Shown here: positions 20,419 through 30,883 of the stretch, one piece after another
How positions within the stretch are numbered: position 1 is the stretch's first letter
Layout of the letters: the number at the start of each line of letters is the position of its first letter
Assembly (NCBI GenBank): GCA_900553185.1
Contig: USCT01000009.1
Location: 677-64,676, forward strand
Source: an uncultured Bacteroides sp.
GTDB taxonomy: Bacteria; Bacteroidota; Bacteroidia; Bacteroidales; Bacteroidaceae
Direction of reading: 5' to 3'
Length of the DNA stretch: 64,000 bases
Position numbers and translations under genes: made by a program
The notes under the pieces: generated by a model
Databases searched by the model: none
What the model was told of the DNA's origin: nothing
The model's input: the letters and a program-made list of their open reading frames with translations, nothing else

Positions 20419-20958
20419 ATGAAATACTTAATTGTATCTGACATACACGGATCGCTTCCAGCTCTGGAGCAAGTATTAGACTTTTTTCAGAAAGAACAAT
20501 GTGACATGCTTTGTATCTTGGGTGACATTTTAAACTATGGTCCCCGGAACGGAATACCAGAAGGACTCAATCCCAAAGGCATAGCCGAACGGCTGAACAG
20601 CCTGGCAGACAGGATAGTGGCTATCCGCGGAAACTGTGATTCGGAAGTAGACCAGATGTTACTGGACTTTCCGATTCTTTCCGACTACCTGCTGCTGGTA
20701 GACAATGGGAAACGGCTCTTTCTCACTCACGGTCATATCTACAATGAAACAACTCTTCCTAAGGGACACCACGATTTCTTATTCTATGGACATACCCATC
20801 TCTGGAAACTGGAACAATCAGGGCATACTGTAATCTGCAATACGGGCTCCATCACTTTTCCCAAAGGAGGCAATGTCCCAACATTTGCCGTATACGAATC
20901 AGGAACGGTAACTATATACCAGCTGGACGGAACTCCTCTCCGAAATCTGAAAAAATAA
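20419..20958 (+). CDS. yfcE: Metallophosphoesterase (YfcE family)
   Basis: SDIHG, GDILNYGPRN, RGNCD, THGH, GHTH, NTGS. Confidence 0.88.
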   Translation: MKYLIVSDIHGSLPALEQVLDFFQKEQCDMLCILGDILNYGPRNGIPEGLNPKGIAERLNSLADRIVAIRGNCDSEVDQMLLDFPILSDYLLLVDNGKRLFLTHGHIYNETTLPKGHHDFLFYGHTHLWKLEQSGHTVICNTGSITFPKGGNVPTFAVYESGTVTIYQLDGTPLRNLKK

Positions 20959-20986
20959 CCGGCTATTTCTATAAGATAAAAAGAAA

Positions 20987-21030
20987 GAATCCCTTTAAAC
21001 GCTTTTGGGAAAATACGTTCAAAGGGATTC
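20987..21030. terminator. Bidirectional terminator
   Basis: GAATCCCTTT...AAAGGGATTC between convergent genes. Confidence 0.6.
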
Positions 21031-21053
21031 CCTCAACAATTCATTCGCCTGCA

Positions 21054-21815
21054 TCAGAGCTGATAAAATTTCTCCATCATTTCCTTCTTATACTTTTTTG
21101 ACACCAGCAGTTCCTCTCCCATATTATTAAAGGGAGGATACATGATACACTGGTTTTCCTTGACCATAACCAGGTAATTCATATTAATGATATAAGACTG
21201 ATGTATCTGGACAAAAGCCCCGTCGAATGAACAAAGCTGTTCGGCCGTAGTATTTCTTTTAAGCGGTAAGAACGAGCCATTTGCCAGCGCTACCTCCCAT
21301 ATTTTCCGGGAAGACACATAACGGAAATATCCTATTTCGGAAGGACGTACGAAACGCAGATCACCGGTCGGTGTAAACAACATGAACGGCTTATCTTCAT
21401 CCAATGCCATCCGACGCATCGCAGAGGCATCGGGACCGTCTTCCTCGTTTTGCAGCAACCGTTTCATCACCACCTCCATCTCTTTCATGTCGATAGGCTT
21501 CAACAGAAAATCGAAAGCGCGGCTCCGTAAAGCATCTATCAGATATTTATTATAGGCCGTATAGAAAACAATCTTCATCTGCCAATCCACCTTTCCACGC
21601 AAATGAGCTGCGACGTCCATTCCTGACATATCAGGAAGCTCCACATCCAGAAACAACAAATCCGGTTTCGCTTTCTGAATCAGTTTCAAACCAGTCATTC
21701 CCGTACGGGCTACACCGGCTACAGACACACCATCATATTTCTTCAACAAAAAACAAAGGTTGTCGATTGCACTTTCCTCGTCATCTATGATGACAACTTT
21801 CATTTTTGTATCCAT
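21054..21815 (-). CDS. LytTR-family response regulator
   Basis: REC (IIDDE, FLDVELP, FLLKP) plus FVQIHQSYIIN. Confidence 0.92.
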   Translation of the reverse strand: MDTKMKVVIIDDEESAIDNLCFLLKKYDGVSVAGVARTGMTGLKLIQKAKPDLLFLDVELPDMSGMDVAAHLRGKVDWQMKIVFYTAYNKYLIDALRSRAFDFLLKPIDMKEMEVVMKRLLQNEEDGPDASAMRRMALDEDKPFMLFTPTGDLRFVRPSEIGYFRYVSSRKIWEVALANGSFLPLKRNTTAEQLCSFDGAFVQIHQSYIINMNYLVMVKENQCIMYPPFNNMGEELLVSKKYKKEMMEKFYQL

Positions 21816-21820
21816 GGTCG

Positions 21821-23842
21821 TTATTTAAATTGATAAGAATAATCTAAAGGGATTGTAAAACGTACCTTACATCCTTGTTCATTTTCCTCCAGCGGAACAT
21901 TTTCCACAGTCAAGACTATCGGTTGTTTGTTACAGGCATTCAGCATCTGAATGGTTTGTGTAATAACTTTCAGCCCCGTACCTGTACCTTTAAAGATGCT
22001 GTTACGGCGATACCCGCCTCCGTTATCACAAACAATCACTTCCAGCTCATTGCTTTTCATGGCCTGTACCTTCACCCATAATTTTTTCTTTCCTGTTTTG
22101 CCCCGTAAAGCATGTTTAATGGCATTCTCCACAGGTATCTGGATAAGCATGGAAGGTATGCTGATATGAGGCAGCGAGAGAGAAGCATCTATCTGACGAA
22201 TGTATTCAAAGCTCTCCAGTCCTTCACACTCAAGTGCCACATAAGTATCAACAAAATCGAGTTCATCGGCCAATGAGACTACATTTTTACCTGATAGTTC
22301 CAGGTTTCTGCGGATCAGCCTGACTAAATCCATCAGTTTATTCTGACGGACGCCGTCCTGAGAATCAGCCAGTTCCCGATTCAGTACATTAAATATAAAA
22401 TGGGGAGAGATTCTGTTTCGTGCATTTTCCAGACGAAGCGCAGCTATATCCCGCTGAAGCGACCACTGTTCACGGTCGGCTTTCCGCTTCCGGTAAATAA
22501 CCAGCAAAGCAGCCACCGCCATGACAAGTAGCAGCCCGGACCCAAGTCCGTATGTCGCCTGATACAGACGAAGCACTTTGTTTTCCTGCTGCTGAATAAA
22601 CAACTCTTTCTTCATCAAGGTACTGTCCTGCCTGTATTTCAGACCTATCTCATCAGCCCTCATTTTGATACGCTCTCCACGGATGGAGTCATCAATCTTT
22701 CTGTTTTCCAACTGATAACGATAAGCTGTCTCAAAATCCCCCTTCTCGGCAAAATAATGTTCAAGATAACGATTACGGATATGCAACATATTCGGCTCTA
22801 TAAAATCCGGAACAACAGCCTCTTCCAGATAATGGGTGGTCTGATCTATCCTCCCTTTTTTCAGCGCCAGTTCGATCAACTGTGTATCAATATAATAAAG
22901 GGCAGATATGTTATTAGTCCGATGAAAATAGTCATAACACTGACGCAGGTAATAAGTGGCGGAATCGGTCTGATTCATCAGCATAAACACCTCTCCAAGA
23001 TTCACCATAGTCAGATTCCGTTCGAATTCCAGTTCGGGGTGTCGGGAAACCAGTTGCAACGAACGTCTGAAATAAGAAAGTGCAGTAGGATAATCCTCGC
23101 GGAAATAATAAGAATTTCCCCGATTGTTCAGATAAATATGCTTCTCATAAGGACGCATTTCATCGAAATACCTGTAAGCCAGATCATAATAATAATCACA
23201 CTCCGCATAATCCCGCAGTTCCATCTCTACCTGAGCCAGACCATAATAGGCCGGGAAACGTACCGGATCGGGCAACTGTAATGAATCCATGACGAACAGA
23301 CAACGTCTGTACCAGAATGCCCCCAGGTCGTATCTTCCATTACGTACATACGCATCGGCCAGATTCAGGCAAATATCCGGCATAATCCGAATATTTCCGG
23401 ATACCTGCACGTAATGATAGGATTTCTCGAATGCCCATACCATGGAATCAACCTGTCCTTTCCTGCCATACAGATTTCCCCTCATGTTGTAATAATCGGC
23501 CCATAACGGAAAGACTCTCCGGTCTTCCAGCCATTTATTACAAAATACTTCTACCTGTCCCAGCATAAGCATGGAAGAATCAAGATTTCCTCCATAAAAA
23601 GCCGACTTGGATTTCAACAACAGGCAACGATAATACAGGAAACTGTCAGAAGTAGTCTGCAACAAGCTATCTATCGTCCGGTTTACCTCCTCGGGATTAT
23701 CCCCCAACGAAGCAGACAGATCCAGCAGAAAAATATCCATATCTCCCTGCCTCCTGTCATTCCGGGAACGACTGCATGAAAAAATTACCCCTAAAACAGT
23801 CGCCAATACGATATATATCAATAACTTTAACTTCATTTTCAA
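21821..23842 (-). CDS. TPR-containing LytS-type histidine kinase
   Basis: TPR-like periplasmic region, TM, ISPHFIFNVLN, ENAIKH, DNGGG, GTGL; ATG start may be 23836. Confidence 0.88.
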   Translation of the reverse strand: MKMKLKLLIYIVLATVLGVIFSCSRSRNDRRQGDMDIFLLDLSASLGDNPEEVNRTIDSLLQTTSDSFLYYRCLLLKSKSAFYGGNLDSSMLMLGQVEVFCNKWLEDRRVFPLWADYYNMRGNLYGRKGQVDSMVWAFEKSYHYVQVSGNIRIMPDICLNLADAYVRNGRYDLGAFWYRRCLFVMDSLQLPDPVRFPAYYGLAQVEMELRDYAECDYYYDLAYRYFDEMRPYEKHIYLNNRGNSYYFREDYPTALSYFRRSLQLVSRHPELEFERNLTMVNLGEVFMLMNQTDSATYYLRQCYDYFHRTNNISALYYIDTQLIELALKKGRIDQTTHYLEEAVVPDFIEPNMLHIRNRYLEHYFAEKGDFETAYRYQLENRKIDDSIRGERIKMRADEIGLKYRQDSTLMKKELFIQQQENKVLRLYQATYGLGSGLLLVMAVAALLVIYRKRKADREQWSLQRDIAALRLENARNRISPHFIFNVLNRELADSQDGVRQNKLMDLVRLIRRNLELSGKNVVSLADELDFVDTYVALECEGLESFEYIRQIDASLSLPHISIPSMLIQIPVENAIKHALRGKTGKKKLWVKVQAMKSNELEVIVCDNGGGYRRNSIFKGTGTGLKVITQTIQMLNACNKQPIVLTVENVPLEENEQGCKVRFTIPLDYSYQFK

Positions 23843-23963
23843 CTCTGATTATCCTGCAAAAGTAAACAAGAAGAAAATAGAAACAAAAAATATTTAATAT
23901 TTTGTTAACCAAGTAGAAAAAAGTTTTACCTTTGAACTAATGAAATTCTAAACAATCATTATT

Positions 23964-24848
23964 ATGAAAATATTGTCGAATGATAAAATCACGTTACAGA
24001 TCTCCGAAGCGGGAGCTGAACTGACCAGCATTGTAGCAAACGAAACCGAATATCTGTGGCAAGCCGATCCCAAATTCTGGCAGCGCCACTCACCGGTATT
24101 ATTCCCGATTGTAGGAAGAGTATGGAACAATCAGTATACACACGAAGGAAAAACCTACGAAATAGGACAACACGGATTTGCCCGTGACATGGATTTCCAA
24201 CTAAGTTATGAAGAAGAAAATGCTGTAGTCTTCTCATTGGAAAGCAACGAAGAAACGCTACGAAAATATCCGTTCCCGTTCATTCTTGAAATAGGATACC
24301 GTCTGAAAGGAAACCGAATTGAAGTTATCTGGAATGTACAGAACACCGGAGACAAAGAGATGCATTTCCAGATCGGAGCACACCCAGCCTTCTATTATAG
24401 AGATTTCAATCCGGTAGATTCCATTCATGCATACGTCGGATTCAGCCCGCGAACCTCAAACTTGCAATACATCTCGCCGGCAGAAAAAGGATGTGTTTCT
24501 ACTAACCGCAATACCCTGACACTGAAAGAAGGACTGATGGAAATAGCTCCCGATACCTTTTCCTGCGATACATATATATTCGACAACAGCCAGGTAAACC
24601 AGCTTACCCTCTGCGACAAGGAAAAGAAACCTTACCTGAGCATGCAGTTCAATACACCACTTGTTGCCATCTGGTCGCCAAGCGCCAACCATCCGGATGT
24701 TCCGTTTATCTGTCTGGAACCCTGGTACGGACGGTGTGACCAGGTAGGATACAACGGCGAATTCAAGGATCGTGAATGGATGCAACACCTGCAGCCGGAC
24801 AGAAGCTTTACCGGAGGATATACCATCACACTGGAAGATGTAAAATAG
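23964..24848 (+). CDS. Aldose 1-epimerase family protein (LacX-like)
   Basis: EYLWQAD, SPVLFP, HGFARD, GAHP, CLEPW; TACCTTTG at 23927-23934. Confidence 0.9.
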   Translation: MKILSNDKITLQISEAGAELTSIVANETEYLWQADPKFWQRHSPVLFPIVGRVWNNQYTHEGKTYEIGQHGFARDMDFQLSYEEENAVVFSLESNEETLRKYPFPFILEIGYRLKGNRIEVIWNVQNTGDKEMHFQIGAHPAFYYRDFNPVDSIHAYVGFSPRTSNLQYISPAEKGCVSTNRNTLTLKEGLMEIAPDTFSCDTYIFDNSQVNQLTLCDKEKKPYLSMQFNTPLVAIWSPSANHPDVPFICLEPWYGRCDQVGYNGEFKDREWMQHLQPDRSFTGGYTITLEDVK

Positions 24849-24923
24849 CATTTATCAAAGACAAGAATCCAGAATAGACAAAGACACCGGAAACTTGAAA
24901 TCTCCGGTGTCTGCATTTGTCAG

Positions 24924-25030
24924 AAAAAACAGGACAGTTTCACAACTGTCCTGTCTGAAAAGAGAAAGTTTATGTTTATAAAAAATGAGTACTGTATTAA
25001 TTTGCCAAAAAATAAATGACACTCACGAAA
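24924..25030 (-). ncRNA. Candidate standalone sRNA
   Basis: TACATTTG -7 box at 25036-25043 (minus); no ATG ORF; hairpin ACAGGACAGTT-GTGA-AACTGTCCTGT plus T6. Confidence 0.5.
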
Positions 25031-25147
25031 AAAATCAAATGTAATAATCCATTTTTTCTGATATTCGCAAACATTGACATGTAATCAGTAAAAAATCATT
25101 ATAAGCGGATCAACAGGTTTTTCTATTGAAAAAAGACCTGCGCAGAA

Positions 25148-25714
25148 TCAATAAGCCGTACCTTGAAAAACCGTACTTTGGGAAAATGGAACAATCTTTC
25201 CATTCAGTGTCAACCTGTTAGAATTAAAATTCGGATTTACCGTTACTGAAGCCTGATTACTTCCGTTATAAAGCGTTATGCTTACAGTAGCCGAAACAGC
25301 CGTACCAACAACGTTCATCGATACATATACATTACCCGCCTTGTCTGTTTTAACCCGATAACCGGATACTGATCCTTTCACCGTAATGCCCCCTAATCCA
25401 TTCAGACCGGATGAGGCCCCGTTAAAAGCAATCTGAACAACGGCCATGTCACCGTCTACGGATATAAAATTGGTCGATGTGGACACAAAAGCCGTCTGCC
25501 CCCCTTTAAAAACGACCTGACCAGCCTCAAGCGTAAACGATTTTCCATCAATTGCCTGGTATGCCTGCCTGAACAGCAGACTATCCTGAAATTCTTCCTG
25601 TGCCTTTTGCTCCTGGCGTTCCTGTTTATGCAACAACTTTTTCTGGTTCTGTGCCTGTACTTGTCCGATAGCAAGACATACAATCAATGCTGCGAACGAT
25701 GCAAATCTTTTCAT
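25148..25714 (-). CDS. DUF4251 family exported protein
   Basis: Signal peptide; FTLEA, TNFISV, NGLGGITVKG. Confidence 0.8.
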   Translation of the reverse strand: MKRFASFAALIVCLAIGQVQAQNQKKLLHKQERQEQKAQEEFQDSLLFRQAYQAIDGKSFTLEAGQVVFKGGQTAFVSTSTNFISVDGDMAVVQIAFNGASSGLNGLGGITVKGSVSGYRVKTDKAGNVYVSMNVVGTAVSATVSITLYNGSNQASVTVNPNFNSNRLTLNGKIVPFSQSTVFQGTAY

Positions 25715-25866
25715 AAATCTATATATTTAGTTTAGTTTCCCACTATAAACAAATAAAAGACGCTTTTACTTTTCCAATTAGCATAAAAAAAGCTAAGAGA
25801 TGTTATACCTATCGATTTATTCCCTATATTTAAGGAGAAAAAACAAAAACCTTAATATCATAGTTT

Positions 25867-26523
25867 ATGAACAACATAACCGACATTACGATCCTGATTG
25901 CAGTCATCGCACTCGCTCTGTGGCCCATAACTCTCTTCGCCATACGAGTAATACATGAACGAAAAAAGAAACTGGAACACATCGAACGGATGACCCGGAA
26001 CGAACTGGAAGATGTTTCTACCCAGGACCTGGTCATCAGTACCTTGAAAAAAATAGGTTGCCAACCCTCCATTAACGAAGAAGGGAACGTAACTTTCAAA
26101 TATCAGGGAGATGACTTTTACATTGCTTCCGAAGAAGACAGCCGTTTCATCATGATCTGGAATCCATGGTGGGGTTCCATTTCGGCCGACAACGAAGCTT
26201 TCCCCTACCTGAAAGAAATCATCAATCTGGTAAACATCAATTCACTGGTTACCACGGTATACATGGCCGATGAAGATGAAAAGACCATCGGACTCCACTC
26301 ACGGTGTCACAGCTACTTTTCACCGAATGAAGGGAAACTGGAAGAACACTTGAAACTGTTGCTGGATTCCTTCTTTGATGCGCACAATGCCATCAAGGAA
26401 AACATGAACCAGCTCGGATCGGCCGCTGCCGGAGAGGAAGAAAAAAAGAAAGACCGTGTCAAAGTAAAGGGATTTGCGGCTTATAAGGAGAACACAACTC
26501 CCATCCAGCCATCACAAAAATAA
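25867..26523 (+). CDS. Membrane-anchored hypothetical protein (possibly YbjN-like)
   Basis: N-terminal TM; FKYQGDDF...IWNPWW. Confidence 0.65.
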   Translation: MNNITDITILIAVIALALWPITLFAIRVIHERKKKLEHIERMTRNELEDVSTQDLVISTLKKIGCQPSINEEGNVTFKYQGDDFYIASEEDSRFIMIWNPWWGSISADNEAFPYLKEIINLVNINSLVTTVYMADEDEKTIGLHSRCHSYFSPNEGKLEEHLKLLLDSFFDAHNAIKENMNQLGSAAAGEEEKKKDRVKVKGFAAYKENTTPIQPSQK

Positions 26524-26567
26524 AAAGATGCAGACATCTTCAATGAGACATTCGCATCTTTCAGCTC

Positions 26568-26605
26568 AAACGTCCGTTTGTCCGACCAAAGACAGACGGA
26601 CGTTT
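26568..26605. repeat. REP-like inverted repeat
   Basis: AAACGTCCGTTTGTC-N8-GACAGACGGACGTTT between convergent genes. Confidence 0.65.
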
Positions 26606-26623
26606 TTATTCAGACCACAGTGC

Positions 26624-27151
26624 CTATATGGAATCCGCAGAGCTGAAAACCAGCCTTCCGGTATCATATCCACGTTTACGCAACTTATCCAAGAGTTCCT
26701 GTAACACGGATTCCGGTAACTTTTCTTCCCGGCTCATGATCCAGAGATATTTATCGCTACTGCTTCCTATCAGCACATACCGATAATCCGGATCAATATC
26801 GAGCACATAATAATCGGCATAGAACCACAAGAAAAAGGATACCTTCAGTTTTCCCGGGTCATTCGGATCAGGCTGCTTGGCCTTTCCCTTGATTTCTTTG
26901 TATTTTCCATCCTTGTAACCTGCATTCAACACCTCAATACGCCCATTCTCAAGCAGGGTATAAGTAGCACTCACCCGACTCATCCCCTTCTCAAAACGAT
27001 GGTCATAACGGGCTATTTCATACCATTTTCCCATAAATCGGGGAATGTCCAGCACCTGTACCGTACGGTTATCTATCCCAGTGTTTCCTCCTTCCGCACG
27101 ACAACCGCCAAGTCCTAACAATGCACATAAAATAATCAGAATGTTTCTCAT
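26624..27151 (-). CDS. blc: Lipocalin lipoprotein
   Basis: LGGC lipobox; GKWYEIARYD, YVLDID, YLWIMSR. Confidence 0.88.
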   Translation of the reverse strand: MRNILIILCALLGLGGCRAEGGNTGIDNRTVQVLDIPRFMGKWYEIARYDHRFEKGMSRVSATYTLLENGRIEVLNAGYKDGKYKEIKGKAKQPDPNDPGKLKVSFFLWFYADYYVLDIDPDYRYVLIGSSSDKYLWIMSREEKLPESVLQELLDKLRKRGYDTGRLVFSSADSI

Positions 27152-27261
27152 AGGCTTCGCATTTAACTTCAACAGATTCAGAATCTTCCAAAACAAAGAT
27201 AAGAAATTTATCAGGAAAAAGCATAATGATACAATAATGTTTTAGTACCAGTATCCGAAAA

Positions 27262-27305
27262 AATCCCGTTTTCAGCGGAACATACACCTCCATGAAAACG
27301 GGATT
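27262..27305 (-). terminator. Terminator after queH
   Basis: AATCCCGTTTTCA...TGAAAACGGGATT with T-run on the minus strand. Confidence 0.65.
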
Positions 27306-27339
27306 CTACTTTTTATAATTACATTATTAATATGTATAC

Positions 27340-27924
27340 TTAATCCTTACGCATACTGAATTCACAACCACAATATTGCTGGTTATAGAAATTATATTCC
27401 CTGATAATAGCCATACGACGTTCACTCAAACCACCTTTCCGCCAATTCTGATCCCACCAGGTTACATCCGGATAGGCCGAAACGGCAAACCGGCCAGCTT
27501 CGTTTATCTGGTCCAGACTTTTCCAACGGGAAGAAGCCAAGGTAGTAGTAATAACTGAAAATCCATGCTCATGCGCATAACGGGCCGTATCGAGCAAACG
27601 AAGCTTAAAGCATTTCAGGCACCTTCCCCCACGTTCAGGTTCCTGCTCCAGCCCCTTCACCGCACACCGCCAGGCTTCGTGATCGTAATCGGCATCTACG
27701 ATGTCCAGCCCCAAAGAAGTGGCATAGCGTGTACATTCATCCTTCCGGATAAGGTATTCTTCCAGCGGATAAATATTGGGATTGCAATAATATATGGTAG
27801 GGCGAACACCATGCTGCATCAGGCATTCGATAATGGCCGACGAACAGGGAGCACAACACGTATGAAGCAACACACGATCGGCTCCTCCAGGCACTTCCAG
27901 CTCAAACTTCTTCTTTTTCATCAT
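27340..27924 (-). CDS. queH: Epoxyqueuosine reductase QueH
   Basis: LLHTCCAPCS, NPNIYP, RCLKCF, QQYCGCEFS; ATGA overlap with the upstream stop. Confidence 0.9.
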   Translation of the reverse strand: MMKKKKFELEVPGGADRVLLHTCCAPCSSAIIECLMQHGVRPTIYYCNPNIYPLEEYLIRKDECTRYATSLGLDIVDADYDHEAWRCAVKGLEQEPERGGRCLKCFKLRLLDTARYAHEHGFSVITTTLASSRWKSLDQINEAGRFAVSAYPDVTWWDQNWRKGGLSERRMAIIREYNFYNQQYCGCEFSMRKD

Positions 27925-28292
27925 GCATTCTCTCCCTGACGGAACAAAGGTAACAGCAACTCCGGAACATTGACTCCCTTGTCTTTGATTGCCTTCAGAC
28001 AATTTTTTCCTTTTTCACTCAGTGTAAAATACATCTGACGCTTGTCCTGCTCACCCAGGCTACGCACGATAAGTTCTTTCGCCTCCACCGAACGGACTAC
28101 CTTCGAAGCATGCGAAGGCGTCATTCCCGTCCGTTCGGAAATGACGCTCGCCGTAACCGTTTCCTGTCCGATGCTGCACAAAGCCATTGCTTCGTTCATT
28201 GTAACCTGATAGCTGGCTATCAGATCGGCTTCCAGCTCAGAGAGAGCCTTGAACAGCTCTCTCATGATACATATACATTGAATTTTCTCCAT
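27921..28292 (-). CDS. MarR-family regulator with N-terminal CxC
   Basis: wHTH with DKRQMYFTLSEKG wing; MEKIQCIC. Confidence 0.85.
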   Translation of the reverse strand: MEKIQCICIMRELFKALSELEADLIASYQVTMNEAMALCSIGQETVTASVISERTGMTPSHASKVVRSVEAKELIVRSLGEQDKRQMYFTLSEKGKNCLKAIKDKGVNVPELLLPLFRQGENA

Positions 28293-28297
28293 ACAAA

Positions 28298-30754
28298 TCA
28301 AATAAACAAGTTCACATTGGCTTCCTCGGCACGGCTCATATAAGTGGCTACACCACCTACTGTAACCTCATCCAGCAATTCTTCCTTACGAATTCCCATG
28401 ACATCCATCGACATCTGGCAGGCAATAAACTCAACACCATTATCCAAAGCCTGCTGGCGCAAGGATTCCAGTGAATCAACTCCTTTCTGCTTCATGAGAT
28501 AACGCATCATCTTGCTTCCGATTCCTCCCATATTCATTTTCGAGAGTTTCAGCTTCAATGAACTGGAAGGAAGCATCTTGCCGAACATCCAGCCGAAAAA
28601 GTCTTTCTGTACCTTGGGTTTCTGTACCTTCTTGATGGCATTCAATCCCCAGAACGTAAAGAAAATCGTCACCTTCTTTCCCGTAGCTGCCGCGCCGTTA
28701 GCCAGCACAAAAGTAGCCAAAGTTTTGTCAAGGTCATCACTGAAAAGGATGAAAGTTTTCCCCTTCTCGGCAGGAAGCTGCTGATGAGCTTCTACGGAAC
28801 AGGCCGTAGCTTTCTCTATTACAACCCGATAGATACCATTTTCCGAACTGCTACCTATCCACCGATGTCCGGTTGTCCGACACCAGGATTCCGCATCGCG
28901 GGGAAAACCTGCATCGGTAGCCTGAATTTCCAGACGTTCACCTGCCTGCAAGCCTCCCATACTCTTTTTCAACTTCAAGATAGGACCAGGACACTGAATG
29001 CCGCATGCATCGACCTTGATTACCCGGGCCGAAGCAGGATCTTCACACGAACAGGTTTCCTGACCGGAAGCAGACGTACACGAACACGACCCTCCCGAAG
29101 ACTCAACGGTTTTCACTGCCGCACGATACGTCTTGAGTCCACCTATCAGATTCCGTACATCGGTATATCCATTCGCTTTCAGAATATTTGAAGCCAGATA
29201 ACCACGCAAACCAACTCCACAATACAGGAAAACCGGCTTTCCCTTTGGAATTTCTTTCATCCGTTCACGCAAATCGTCCAACGGGACATTAACGGCTCCC
29301 TGAATAGCTCCCAACGTAAACTCATCGGGTGTGCGCACATCCACCAAGGTCACTTTCGACAAATCGGCCTGCTGCAACTCACGCCAGTAAAGTGGTGTCA
29401 TCTTGCCACTCAAAATATTTCCAGCCACATATCCTGATACGGCTACCGGGTCTTTGGCCGACGAGAAAGGAGGTGCATACGCATGTTCCAGTTCTACGAG
29501 ATCATACACGGAACCTCCCCGCTTGATGACCAACGCGTATTCGTCAATACGCTTGTCAACTCCCGTATAGCCCACCACCTGAGCACCGTAAAGTTTTCCG
29601 TCTTTTGGCGAAAAAGTTATCTTAATGTCCATTTGCAAAGAACCCGGATAATAACCGGCATGAGAGCCGGAATGAATCGTAGCCGAAAGATAAGGGATTT
29701 CCATCTGTTTCAACCGTTTGGCCGGAAGTCCCGTAGCCGCTACGGTCAGATCAAACACTTTGGCTACCGAAGTTCCGATAGCGCCCTCGTAAGTAATCTT
29801 GTTTCCAAAGACCAGGTTATCAGCTACGATACGTCCCTGGCGGTTGGCTGGTCCGGCCAAGTAATTCAACCAAGGTTTACCTGTCAACGGATGCGGGTAT
29901 TCGATGGCATCGCCCACGGCATAAATAGACTCGTCAGAAGTTTGAAGATATTGATTGACCTTGATACCTTTCATTTCGCCCAACTGGATACCGGATTCTA
30001 CCGCCAATCTGGTCTCTGGACGTACACCAATAGAAAGAATCACCAGATCGGCATTCAAGCGAATTCCTGACTGAAATTTCACCACCACTCCTTCGGCCGA
30101 CGGCTCGAAGGCTGCTACACCTTGCTTTAAGAAAAGCTTCACACCCTTCTGTAACAAATGCTCGTGAACCAGCGCCGCCATGGAATAATCAATCGGTCCC
30201 ATCACCTGATCGGCCATTTCGACCACGGCCACTTCCGCACCGGCATGTTGCAGATTCTCAGCCATTTCCAAACCGATAAAACCTCCCCCTACGATTACGG
30301 CTCTACGTACAGTGTGCTGCTGCATATATTGCTTGATACGGTCGGTATCGTACACATTTCTCAACGTAAAGACAGACGGAAGGTCAATGCCCGGCAGAGG
30401 CGGACGAACCGGAGATGCTCCCGGAGAAAGCAACAGCTTGTCGTATGATTCCTGATAAACAGAACCGTCCGGCCTACGTACACTTACTTCTTTCCGTTCA
30501 CGATTGATGGCAATCACCTCCGAACGCGTACGTACATCGATGTTGAACCGGCGTCCAAAACTCTCGGGTGTCTGTACAAACAAACGGTCACGGTCTTCTA
30601 TTACGCCTCCGATATAATATGGTAATCCACAATTGGCATACGAAATGTATTCTCCCCGTTCAAAAAGAATAATGGTGGCTTCTTCTGTGTTTCTACGAAT
30701 ACGGGCTGCTGCCGTTGCCCCACCGGCTACTCCGCCTACGATCAAATATTTCAT
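28298..30754 (-). CDS. CoA-disulfide/persulfide reductase fused to rhodanese, TusA and DsrE-like domains
   Basis: GGVAGG, SYANCGLP, YAPPFS, DVRTPDEF...YCGVGLRG, DACGIQCPGP, FFTFWG...ACQMSM. Confidence 0.92.
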   Translation of the reverse strand: MKYLIVGGVAGGATAAARIRRNTEEATIILFERGEYISYANCGLPYYIGGVIEDRDRLFVQTPESFGRRFNIDVRTRSEVIAINRERKEVSVRRPDGSVYQESYDKLLLSPGASPVRPPLPGIDLPSVFTLRNVYDTDRIKQYMQQHTVRRAVIVGGGFIGLEMAENLQHAGAEVAVVEMADQVMGPIDYSMAALVHEHLLQKGVKLFLKQGVAAFEPSAEGVVVKFQSGIRLNADLVILSIGVRPETRLAVESGIQLGEMKGIKVNQYLQTSDESIYAVGDAIEYPHPLTGKPWLNYLAGPANRQGRIVADNLVFGNKITYEGAIGTSVAKVFDLTVAATGLPAKRLKQMEIPYLSATIHSGSHAGYYPGSLQMDIKITFSPKDGKLYGAQVVGYTGVDKRIDEYALVIKRGGSVYDLVELEHAYAPPFSSAKDPVAVSGYVAGNILSGKMTPLYWRELQQADLSKVTLVDVRTPDEFTLGAIQGAVNVPLDDLRERMKEIPKGKPVFLYCGVGLRGYLASNILKANGYTDVRNLIGGLKTYRAAVKTVESSGGSCSCTSASGQETCSCEDPASARVIKVDACGIQCPGPILKLKKSMGGLQAGERLEIQATDAGFPRDAESWCRTTGHRWIGSSSENGIYRVVIEKATACSVEAHQQLPAEKGKTFILFSDDLDKTLATFVLANGAAATGKKVTIFFTFWGLNAIKKVQKPKVQKDFFGWMFGKMLPSSSLKLKLSKMNMGGIGSKMMRYLMKQKGVDSLESLRQQALDNGVEFIACQMSMDVMGIRKEELLDEVTVGGVATYMSRAEEANVNLFI

Positions 30755-30775
30755 AACACTTGCAATGCTTTAATA

Positions 30776-30841
30776 GTTTCTAATGGAAATTTTTCACAAA
30801 GGAATTGTTTTATTTCCTTTCAACAAAATTTCCAACGGAAA
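30776..30841. promoter_or_regulatory. Pair of TTTC(C/T)-N3-GGAAA palindromes, probable MarR operators
   Basis: TTTCTAATGGAAA (30777-30789) and TTTCCAACGGAAA (30829-30841) just upstream of the operon. Confidence 0.55.
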
Positions 30842-30883
30842 ATTTTTCATCGTTAGCGTTTTTTAAGGAGCAAGACCCGTTTT

